This document shows, in pieces, positions 37,053 through 46,227 of a DNA stretch of 64,000 nt. Position 1 is the stretch's first letter. The number at the start of each line of letters is the position of its first letter. A program made the position numbers and the translations under genes. The notes under the pieces were generated by a model that worked only from the letters and a program-made list of their open reading frames with translations, searched no databases and was not told the DNA's origin. Origin of the DNA: Diplonema japonicum (taxonomy: Eukaryota > Protista > Euglenozoa: Diplonemea); assembly GCA_964019335.1 (NCBI GenBank), contig OZ025650.1, positions 744,001-808,000 on the forward strand, given 5' to 3'.

Positions 37053-37672
37053 ATGGCTGAGCTCGAAGTAACTGAGGAGGTGAAGACCGGTGACGCTTTC
37101 GACGAGGAGATTGAAGAGATGAGGCTGAAAGTTCTGCAGATGGAAGAGAAATTGAAAGGCCAACAGACTGAGCTGGCAGAGGAGGCCAAAGATGACGATG
37201 CTGAGGCTGGGGACGATGCAGCTTCCATCTACATTGGACAGGTATGCAAAAAAACTCTTCTGAACATTTCGCATTAGGTCGACTATCAGACGACCCCCTC
37301 AGATCTTGCAGGCCACTTTAACGAGTGCGGCACAGTGAAGCGTGTTACCATCCTTTGCGACAAACTCTCTGGCCACCCCAAGGGCTACGCCTACATGGAG
37401 TTTGAGGACCCCGCGTCTGTTGACAACGCAGTCCTCCTCCACGACACTATCCTTAACGGCCGAAAGCTCAAGGTCTCTCCTAAACGGACGAACTATCCTG
37501 GCATGGCAGTCAAGGGCAAAGGAGGCAAAAAGGGCGCCTTCAAGGGCTATAAGGTATAAATAGTCTTTTTTTGTTTACCTCAACAGGGGAGCTGGTGGGG
37601 CGACATGTACAGCAGTGTCTACAGCCCATATGCTGCTTCTGGCAAAGGGGGAAAGAAAGGAAAGAAAGGATG
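37053..37672 (+). CDS. PABPN1: Nuclear poly(A)-binding protein (PABPN1/PABP2-like); introns 37242-37277, 37554-37586; 3' end uncertain
   Basis: Spliced SIYIGQVDYQTTP...CGTVKRVTILCDKLSGHPKGYAYMEF...KVSPKRTNYPG. Confidence 0.88.
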
Positions 37673-37699
37673 GTATGCCATTTTTGCAGTTTTTTGTAT

Positions 37700-38911
37700 T
37701 TCGCCTGGGTTTCGCCAGACATCAGACTGGTCCAGCAAAGTCGCGGTTATCACCGCAAAAAAAAGTATGTGGGTACGTCCACGCCGGCCAAAACCGCCTC
37801 AGACACCTGGGAGGAGAAGCGGGTCTCGCTGGTCCCCGAACTATGGGACGGCGAAGTGGTACACCCAGAGAAGACAGGGGGGAAATCCCGAGGGGTCATC
37901 CTAACAAGGAATCCGGAGACAGTGCTCTCACTGAAACCCTTTCCAGGGTCCTCATCTGCCACCTTGTTCACCAAACAGGGTATCAAGACAATGCACCTTA
38001 TTGAGCTTAAGGGCGACGGTCCACCACCCCCGAAGTACACTGCTCCTAGAACAGTCCAGACAACCGCGACCACCGAGGCCGTCATCCTGGGCAAACGGAC
38101 AAGTCCCGGACACGTGGAAACAGGCGTTGGTCGTCCCGATTCCGAAGCCAAGCAAAGACCCCACTGAGATGGAGTCCTACCGCCCCTTCAGCCTGACAAG
38201 CTACCTAGGTAAACTCATGGAAAGGATGGTTGAGGCCCGCGTAACGTTCCTCCTCGACTCCCCAACGACGACGGTTGAAGGACTTCACCCCGCCCAAGCC
38301 GGATTCAGGAAGGGGAGGTCCACCGAAGAGCAAGTCGCTGCCATCGTACAACACGTAGCGACGAAGAGAGATGCGGACGTAAAGGAGGCCAGCCTCACCA
38401 TACTTTTCGAAGGCGTTCGACAGAGTCAACCACAAAGCCCTGATACAGAAGATGACGCAGAAGCGCTTCCCTGCAGCCTACAGTGGGTTGCCTCCTTCCT
38501 GGAGTTCAGGACAGCAAGAGTGATCGTAGAAGGTGTCAAGGGGTCCCCCTACAAAGTCAAGAGCGGCGTTCCGCAGGGTTCGGTGCTCGGTCCGGTCCTA
38601 TTCACCATTCGTCGAAGACCTTGCGAGGGAGCTCGAGGGAATGGCTGGTCTCGCCACGATCTACGCCGACGACCCGTCGTATCACAGGGTGCGTCAAAAA
38701 CACCTCCACCTCAGCCGTCATGTGCGAAGCCCGCTTGCGCCCCCTCGACCTGATGGCTGATCAGCGTCTGCTGTCCTATGGCAGAGGGTGCTAAGATGGG
38801 AAGGGACCCGGTGAACAAGGTGGCGCCCAAGGTGGAGCCCAAAATTGACAGACAAAAGACTGGAACACCTCCCCGTTTCCCCCCAGTGGTTATTATTGCA
38901 AAAAAAAAAAA
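37700..38911 (+). mobile_element. Degenerate, internally deleted non-LTR retrotransposon (RT remnant) ending 3 bp upstream of tRNA-Cys
   Basis: WKQALVVPIPKP..SYRPFSLTS, QAGFRKGRST, GVPQGSVLGP, IYADD across frameshifts; tail GTTTCCCCCCAGTGGTTATTATTGC(A)12. Confidence 0.85.
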
Positions 38912-38914
38912 TGT

Positions 38915-38986
38915 GGGTACGTAGCTCAGTGGTAGAGCGTTCGGCTGCAGTCCGATTGGTCCCTGGTTCGAACCCGGGCGTGCCCT
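38915..38986 (+). tRNA. tRNA-Cys(GCA)
   Basis: Acceptor GGGTACG/CGTGCCC, U73, anticodon loop CT-GCA-GT, GTTCGAA T-loop, T5 terminator. Confidence 0.95.
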
Positions 38987-39032
38987 ATTTTTCAAATTGT
39001 GAAGGAAAGAAATTTGTCCGGTAGGGAAAAAT

Positions 39033-39104
39033 AGGGCACGCCCGGGTTCGAACCAGGGACCAATCGGACTGCAGCCGAACGCTCTACCACTGAGCTACGT
39101 ACCC
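39033..39104 (-). tRNA. tRNA-Cys(GCA), inverted identical copy
   Basis: Reverse complement of 38915-38986. Confidence 0.95.
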
Positions 39105-39107
39105 ACA

Positions 39108-40660
39108 TTTTTTTTTTTGCAATAATGACCACTGCTTTTTAATATTTGTTCCACTGCCAGTGGGGGAGACAAAAGGAAAATTCTGAGCTAATAATAATAT
39201 CTGTTCCACTGCCGGGTCGGGAGCATCAGAGAAGGTTTGAAAAGGATAAAGGAAAATGGGGAAAGGAAGAAAAAATCAACAAAGATGAGTTGAAAAGCAG
39301 AGCTCGAGAAATCAAAAATCAAAGTGAAGGTATCATGAGCCTTTCGCCCAAGAAGAGAACAAACAGCACCATAGGTGGCGGGTCCTTTTTTTTCTTTAAA
39401 AAGCTTCTGTGTGGCCACTTACCAACAGAGAGGAGCGGTGAGTACTGGGACACTGTCCTTTTATCATTTCTTTTTTCTCTCCCTCTTCATTCCCTCCCAC
39501 CCTTATTAACATTACCCCTTTCCTTATTGTTTCACCCCTTTTTATTGAACGCCGAAGGCCCGCCCAGTCTGGTTCTCACCCCCTAATAAATTCCTTTGAC
39601 TGGACGTCCTTGGCCAACTCCGCACATTCCCCGCCAACAGCGCATCCTCCTCAAAAGGTTGGATCGTCTTAGGGATTTCAGGGCGACCATTGCTTAAACC
39701 AGCACGAGACCGTCCCCTTGCTGGATTTGTTGGGTCGGTGGGGCGCTAGATAATTAAAACATAAAATGAAAAGAAAAGGGGAAGAGAGAGGAATAGCAAC
39801 AGAAAAGACCTGGTAGCAGAACAGGGGAAAGATGACTCTACTCTTCTAAGTTCCCCATGTCGAGGGCCCCGGTCGTCGTCGTCGTCGGTGCTGGCGTCAG
39901 GCAACCAACGCGATGGAGCGGCAGGACCAACTTGTGAGAGGAAGGTAGGGGTTGGGAGAGGGATAGTTGATGTAGAGGGCCGGTCAGGGCCCGGATCAGC
40001 ACGAAAAACGCCCCCGGCTCCGCGCCACTCGAGAGAGATGCCTTTCCGGCTTCCGCTTCGTTCCCTCCCCGGCCAGAGCGTCAGCCTTCTCGTTCCCGTC
40101 CACCCCACAGTGGGAGGGCACAAACTGGAGGACCACCGTGTCCCCTGCGTGCGCGCCGCGGACACCAGCCGGCTCCACGTCTGGTGGTCGAGCTTCTCCC
40201 TCTGTCGCGTTGGGCCAGCTCGCAGCTGCTCGACGAGGGAGATCGACAGCGGGGACTTCGCCAGCGAAGGGTGTGTTTTTCGGAGGGTGGCCACCATATC
40301 CAGCGCCGTTTTCACAGCCATGCCCTCTGCCCGAAAAGATGAACAGAAGTCGTTGACGCCATGGCACACAGACACAGGGGTCAGGGGGGGAGGCAGCTGC
40401 AGATAAACCCCAGAGCCACCTTTCGCCTTCTGTCCGACCTGTACAACCGAGCCATCCGTGTAGGCATGGATGCCCGGGGGGAGGGCCGCAAGAGCAGCCT
40501 CGGCCGCCTTCCGCCTGTCCGCGAGCCCCTTCTTCCCCTTCCCTTTCCCTTTCCAGACACTGTCGTGTGTCGTCGTCGCCCCCGGTGTAGAGTCCCGTCG
40601 CCAGCGTGGCCGCCTGCGGTAGGAGGAATCGGAGCGTCGTCCGCAGGTCGGAGATCATCT
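39108..40660 (-). mobile_element. Degenerate non-LTR retrotransposon (RNase H remnant) pointing at the minus-strand tRNA-Cys
   Basis: FCSSFRAEGMAV and LQFVPSHCGVDGNEKADALA in shifted frames; tail CAGTGGTCATTATTGC(A)11 at 39108-39134. Confidence 0.75.
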
Positions 40661-40821
40661 CCTGCTGAGAGTCGATCGTCCTCTCAGCGCGGCGACGAGC
40701 TCAGTGAGAGCGGCGACCTCAGGCGAACTCTTTTTTGCGGTGATAACCGCAAATCTGCGGATTTTCTGGCAGCCTTTAAAAAGTTGCAGCATGGTTTCTT
40801 ATTATTGTCGGCTGTGGTGTA

Positions 40822-40838
40822 TCTCCTATGGTGTAGTG
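40822..40838 (+). pseudogene. 5' fragment (17 nt) of tRNA-Gln, left as a TSD
   Basis: TCTCCTATGGTGTAGTG identical to 42311-42327. Confidence 0.8.
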
Positions 40839-40857
40839 ACCGAGCGGTGCGAGAGGG

Positions 40858-41897
40858 ACAGAAAGAAAGAAGTGGCGATCATGAGGCTGAGGGTGGGGAA
40901 GAGCCCACTCACTTGCGGATACCTACTCATACCCCCAGTCGAGGAGGTCCCGTGCCATCTATGTTCGCAACCCCAGACTCTAAGCCACCTCCTACGGGAA
41001 TGCCAAGACGAAAAGAGGATCGACCAAAGGAGTCAGATCTTCGGTAGCTCCCTTCCTTCCCTCAAAGTCCTCCTGTCCACCGACGCCTGTAAGACCGCCC
41101 AGCTCTTGGAGCGGCAGGGAACATTGTGAAAAAACTTATAAATTATAATATATTATACTCTCCAAACATTGAGGTCTGAAGTTGTTATACGACTTCAGAC
41201 TGCAATTGTTTCTAACTCAATCTCTCGACTCTGGCTTCACTCCTATCCTTTCTTTTCACCTCCCTCCCCAGTGTCTTCCCTTATTTTCCATTACCAGGCC
41301 CCTGTCCCCCGCCCCCAGTGTTATTCAAATTTTCACTCACCTTTCATATAGAAAGAAAAAAGAAAAAAAAAAAAAAAAAAAGAAAAAAAAGGACAGATGA
41401 TTCAAGCTTCGGTGTACACAATCGAGCTTGATTTGAATTCCTTTATTTTGAGAAAAAAAAAAAAAAACTGAAGAACGAAACTTAATTGAATTGAATTTAT
41501 TGGCTCCCGAAAGCCCAACAAGTCCAGCAGACGGTGGAGTTTCACAGTCAGCTGGTTAATTTTTCACAATTGAAACTCCTCCAAAGTTCTTAAAATCTGG
41601 GAGGTCGTCTCTTGTTACTAGAGGCGGCTAATGCCTCGAGACCCAGGTGCTGCCTGGTGGGTGGGATCGGTTTTATTTTATTATGAAAAGAGCGTGGTGA
41701 GGGGGTCCAAGTAATTTACAACAGGGAGCAGCGGACCAGGACCCCTCGACCAATGGCTCAGTAACAGAGACTGCTTTTCACGAATCACTTTCAAACACCT
41801 CTCTTGGTTTGAAGTGATGTCCCTTTCCCTTTCCCTTGAATGGTTTTCTCTACTCCCCTTCGATCCTCCCGCCTGGTAGTGGAATATTTATTATTAT
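40858..41897 (+). mobile_element. 5'-truncated copy (A') of the full-length element
   Basis: Near-identical to 49940-51030; TSD TGCGAGAGGG (40848-40857 / 41898-41907); (TTA)n tail. Confidence 0.93.
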
Positions 41898-41912
41898 TGC
41901 GAGAGGGTCACC

Positions 41913-42297
41913 TTTTCCCTTCCTTTCCCTTCCTTCCCCTTCCTCTCACTGTTTCCCATTTCCTCTTTTTTTATTTTCACACTCACCAATGATTCGCTCA
42001 ATAGGAGCAACACCTCCCTGGGGGGCTTTCCGCCGGAGGTTCCAGCCAAAGAAGGACATCCAGCTGGAAGGTAGGCCCCCGTTTTTCTCTCACTTGACTG
42101 AGGGAATAATGTAATTCAGCCCTCTTCGGCTGTCCCAAAGCAGAGCACGGGTTGGTGGGGGACCAGGGCTCCTCCTGCTTGCAGAAGCCTGGTCCATTGC
42201 CCTCCCTATTTCCCCATGGTTTCCCTTCACCTTTTTTTCCCTTTTCTCAGGTGTTGCTCTCCATGGCGGCCCTGCATTGGTATTTTGAAAAAAAAAA
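41913..42297 (+). mobile_element. 385-bp non-coding poly(A)-tailed retroposed insertion (D)
   Basis: 12-bp TSD GAGAGGGTCACC (41901-41912 / 42298-42309); ends in A10. Confidence 0.75.
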
Positions 42298-42310
42298 GAG
42301 AGGGTCACCA

Positions 42311-42382
42311 TCTCCTATGGTGTAGTGGTTAGCACTCGGGACTCTGAATCCCGCGACCGCGGTTCGAATCCGCGTAGGAGAA
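42311..42382 (+). tRNA. tRNA-Gln(CTG)
   Basis: Acceptor TCTCCTA/TAGGAGA, anticodon stem CGGGA/TCCCG, loop CT-CTG-AA, GTTCGAA, T7 terminator. Confidence 0.93.
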
Positions 42383-42389
42383 TTTTTTT

Positions 42390-42626
42390 GCCAAGTCTTT
42401 GATGTGCGTCAAGCAGAGGACAATTACACCCTGGGAGAGCATGCAAAAGTGGTGGAAGGCGAAGGCCCTCCGGCTATCGAGGTGACGGTAGTCCACCCTT
42501 GCGCGGAGAGACAGGCGGAGGCATATCAGGCGAAGCGGATACGGTGACACGAAGAAGAGGAGTATGGTGTCACCTAGATGACCTGTCCAAGCGTATATCA
42601 CCATCACCTGACCGAGCGGTGCGAGA
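42390..42626 (+). mobile_element. 3' fragment of a distinct retroelement (E), possibly restriction-like-endonuclease type; continues at 43792-43799
   Basis: Ends ...TGACCGAGCGGTGCGAGAGGGTCACC (also at 40837-40857 + 41908-41912); encodes AIEVTVVHP...AYQAKR. Confidence 0.5.
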
Positions 42627-43784
42627 ATTTCGAGAAGTTTGAAGAGCTAAACAGGGAACAAGAAGTTGCGATCATGAGGCTGAGAGTGGGGAAGAGCCCC
42701 CTCATAAGCGGGTATCTACTCAATCCCCCGGCCGATGTGGTCACATGCCACCTTTGTTCGATGCCTCAGACGCTGAGCCACCTCCTGAAAGAATGCCAGG
42801 ACGATGGTAGAGCTGACCAGAGAAGTCAGATCTTCGGTTCCTCCCTTCCTTCGCTCAAGGCCCTACTGTCAACTGACGCCGGGAAAACCGTACAATTCCT
42901 GGAACAGCAGGGCCTGTTGTGACCGACCGTGAGATATAATCCCCTTTATAAATTATATTATAAACTAAACTTTACTTATATACTTTTCTCTCAAATTATC
43001 CTGAGTTTGAAGCTGTACTGTTGTTATACGACTTCAGACAGCAATTGTTTCTAACTCAATCTCTCGACTCTGGCTTCACTCCTATCCTTTCTTTTCACCT
43101 CCCTCCCCAGTGTCTTCCCTTATTTTCCATTACCAGGCCCCTGACCCCCGCCCCCAGTGTTATTCAAAATTTTCACTCACCTTTCATATAGAAAGAAAAA
43201 AGAAAAAAAAAAGAAAAAAAGAAGGACAGATGATTCAAGCTTCGGTGTACACGATCGAGCTTGATTTGAATTCCTTTATTTTTGAGAAAAAAAAAAAAAA
43301 GAAGAAAAAAAAAAAGAAGAATATATATAAAAAAAAAAAAAAAACTGTAGAACGAAACTTAATTGAATTGAATTTATTGGCTCCCGAAAGCCCAACAAGT
43401 CCAGCAGACGGTGGAGTTTCACAGTCAGCTGGTTAATTTTACACAATTGAAACTCCTCCAAAGTTCTTAAAATCTGGGAGGTCGTCTCTTGTTACTAGAG
43501 GCGGCTAATGCCTCGAGACCCAGGTGCTGCCTGGTGGGTGGGATCGGTTTTATTTTATTATGAAAAGAGCGTGGTGAGGGGGTCCAAGTAATTTACAACA
43601 GGGAGCAGCGGACCAGGACCCCTCGACCAATGGCTCAGTAACAGAGACTGCTTTTCACGAATCACTTTCAAACACCTCTCTTGGTTTGAAGTGATGTCCC
43701 TTTCCCTTTCCCTTGAATGGTTTTCTCTACTCCCCTTCGATCCTCCCGCCTGGTAGTGGAATATTTATTATTATTATTATTATT
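42627..43784 (+). mobile_element. 5'-truncated copy of a sister subfamily (B)
   Basis: EVAIMRLRVGKSPL...CHLC...HLLKEC, diverged from A; 3'UTR near-identical to A; TSD TGCGAGA (42620-42626 / 43785-43791). Confidence 0.9.
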
Positions 43785-43808
43785 TGCGAGAGGGTCACCA
43801 TCTCCTAT

Positions 43809-44250
43809 ACGACACTGGGCTGCCGCTCCACGCGCTGCTTTCCAAGCACTCCGCCGAGGTCTGCGCCTTCATCGAGGCCTCCGGGCTCTTATCATGGTCT
43901 GAGTGTGGGATCTTCCCCCCGGCCGACGCAGCACAAGGGTGATCGTGAGCCCATTATAGACCCCCCCCCCTCCCCCTTTGTCCCCCCCCCCCCCCCCCCA
44001 CACACACACTCACACGCAAATGGGCCAAGAAACAACCTCCCGGGAGGCAGCCACAGGGAAGGCCGGGAGGGCGCAGGGCGCAGCAAGAGAACGCCCCTGC
44101 GTTCAGCCTCGAGGGGACCGCCCCGAATGTAATCAGCCAGGTCGGCTGTCCCAGGAAGGGGGAACGGAGCACCGAAGGGAGGTTCAGCCCACGTGGTGGC
44201 CCTCCCCCCACCCCCAGTTTCCCCCCAGTGGTTATTATTGCAAAAAAAAA
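43809..44250 (+). mobile_element. 5'-truncated element of a third family (C)
   Basis: Encodes DTGLPLHALLSKHSAEVCAFIEASGLL (similar to the ORF2 C-terminus); 34-nt tail identical to 38875-38908; TSD CACC(A/C)TCTCCTAT (43796-43808 / 51041-51053). Confidence 0.75.
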
Positions 44251-44287
44251 CCAACGATTCTAAAGCTACAGTTTCTGTACTTTATTG
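44249..44287 (+). other. Complete 39-nt euglenozoan (Diplonema-type) spliced-leader exon at the 5' end of the retrotransposon
   Basis: AACCAACGATTCTAAAGCTACAGTTTCTGTACTTTATTG; AAC start and conserved CAGTTTCTGTACT.TATTG end; not followed by a GT donor. Confidence 0.92.
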
Positions 44288-44341
44288 GGTGGGGGGTCTG
44301 ATACACTATCACATAATAAATTTTAATAAAAATTTATAAAA

Positions 44342-45724
44342 ATGGATCAGCAGACCAGCGCGGACGCCTCCACGAGGCCCCCACTGGACAGCCTGCAGAT
44401 GCAGGTGGACGAAGACGCCGCGGCGATGCCAGAGTTAAATCTGGTATTCGAAGAAGAAGAAGAGAAGAAGAAGGAGAAAAAGGACGAGGTGCGGAAGGGC
44501 AACTGGATCATCGGTCCGCTGCCGAAGGGAGTGGAGGAGAAGGGCGCAGCTGCGATTCTCGCAGCAACGGTCTCAGAGCAGACCGAGAAGGTCGTCATCC
44601 TGACGACGGAAGGCGCGTCCTTCCTCCTCTACACCGCACGCACCCCCCCCCACCACACCTGCATCAAGGTGAACGGCGCCACGGCAGAAGTCCTGCCGGC
44701 GATAAAGGTGGCCGACCCCCTGGAGTCCAGGGCTGCAGGAGGGAAGAAGTGGTCGAGGAAGGGGGAAGAAAAAAAAAAAAGAACAAAAGTCCACCAAGAC
44801 AGGTACAGCCCAGAAGAATTTCTGGAATTCTACGGCCGGTCGGTAGGGTGGCAGCTCTACTGCAAGGCAGTAGAAGAGTGGAGGAAGAGGACCGCCACAC
44901 CCCAAAAAAACACACAGGAGCCCCCCCAACAACAGCAACAACAGGCAACAATCTCGCCAGATATGGTAGCCCAGATGCAGAATCTGCATCAAGAAGTTGC
45001 GGCGCAGAGGGCCGAACTCTCGGCGCAGAGACAGGAGATCACCGCGCAGAGAGAGGAACTGCAGAGACAGAGGACGTCTCTGGCAGAAGCACAGTCCAGT
45101 TACCCGGCCCTGCAGAAACAGGTCAGTGCGCAAGGGGAGGCGGTGCTGAAGCAGGGGGAAGGACTGGCAGCCGTCCAGACCAGCATCCAACCCCTGCAGA
45201 AACAGGTAAGTGTGCAGGGGGAGGAGCTGCGGAAGCAGGGAGAGGGTCTGGCAGAGATCAGGACCAGCCTCCCGGCTCTGATGGAGCAGCTGAGGAGTCA
45301 ACAGGAGGCTCTGGAGAAAGGGGTGCGTGCCATGATGGCCAAGCAGGAGGAGCGGGACGCGAGGGACACCGCCAGAAGAACGGCCCTAAAGGCCAAAAAG
45401 GCCCAAACCACCGCCACACCCACAGCCCCGACACCGTCCAAATTCATCGGACCGGAGCTGGAACCGAACACCCCACAGCAACACCAGCCATCCTCGGGCT
45501 CGGAAACGGAGTTGGAAGACACTCCCGCCGGAGCAAAACCAGGAAGGCGCAGGGGCCAGGAATGGGCCTCTGCAAAGGTGTCGCTGAAGGCAGCGCCCTA
45601 CGCACCAGGGGGCTCGAAGGGTTCGAAGGGGACAACCTCCTCCTCCACCTCGACATCGCCGACACCGAGCACACCGGACACAGCGAAGAAGTCCGGGAAA
45701 GGCGGAAAATCAAAGAAGAGGTGA
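44342..45724 (+). CDS. Retrotransposon ORF1 (coiled coil, no CCHC knuckle)
   Basis: 460-aa ATG ORF 54 nt after the SL; Q/E-rich coiled coil with two 25-aa repeats; basic C-terminus. Confidence 0.85.
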   Translation: MDQQTSADASTRPPLDSLQMQVDEDAAAMPELNLVFEEEEEKKKEKKDEVRKGNWIIGPLPKGVEEKGAAAILAATVSEQTEKVVILTTEGASFLLYTARTPPHHTCIKVNGATAEVLPAIKVADPLESRAAGGKKWSRKGEEKKKRTKVHQDRYSPEEFLEFYGRSVGWQLYCKAVEEWRKRTATPQKNTQEPPQQQQQQATISPDMVAQMQNLHQEVAAQRAELSAQRQEITAQREELQRQRTSLAEAQSSYPALQKQVSAQGEAVLKQGEGLAAVQTSIQPLQKQVSVQGEELRKQGEGLAEIRTSLPALMEQLRSQQEALEKGVRAMMAKQEERDARDTARRTALKAKKAQTTATPTAPTPSKFIGPELEPNTPQQHQPSSGSETELEDTPAGAKPGRRRGQEWASAKVSLKAAPYAPGGSKGSKGTTSSSTSTSPTPSTPDTAKKSGKGGKSKKR

Positions 45725-46227
45725 AAAAGGTGATAAGTTTTTTCCATTTTACCATAATAGATAAGAAAGAAAAAAAAAAGAAAAAAGAAAGTGTTTCCCT
45801 ATTAAGCCCCCAACCCCCCAATTCGTCTACAAAAAAAAAAATAATAAAAAAAAAAAAAAAAAAAAAAAACCATAAAAAAAAAAACAAAAACAAAAAAAAA
45901 AACATAAAGAAAATAAAAGAACAAGAGAAAAAAAAAAAAACAACAAAAAAAAAATATAAAAATAAAAAAAAAATAATACACGACGACGACGACGACGACG
46001 ACAACGGGTCACAGCAATGTCATCTCTCTGCGCGAAGGAAGCTCGTACGACTTGGCTACAACTCGCGGCTAAATCCTGGCCGGCCCCGCACGTATAGGGG
46101 TGTCCAAACGGGACAAGGCGTTAGTGGTGGCGACGTAAGGTCTGTTAGGGCCGGCCCCCCCCAAGTCGTACAACCCTATCTTCGAAGACCTGAAGGTAGG
46201 GGTGACCACAAAGGCAGAGTGACATAC

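Larger units (their letters stand above)
38884..39134. repeat. ~110-bp inverted repeat (arms 38884-38993 and 39026-39134, 32-bp spacer)
   Basis: Each arm = element tail + tRNA-Cys + terminator; 1 substitution and 1 A-run indel. Confidence 0.9.

Noticed and set aside
44249-44341. Functional SL-RNA gene
   Set aside because: No GT donor directly after TTG, no recognisable Sm site or T-tract terminator, and it is bounded by the element's TSD
44749-46227. 1820-aa ORF2 starting inside ORF1 (possible -1 frameshift fusion)
   Set aside because: The extension is an alternative frame of ORF1 plus a poly-Lys low-complexity A tract; it is open mainly because the strand is T-poor, and the tract looks error-prone
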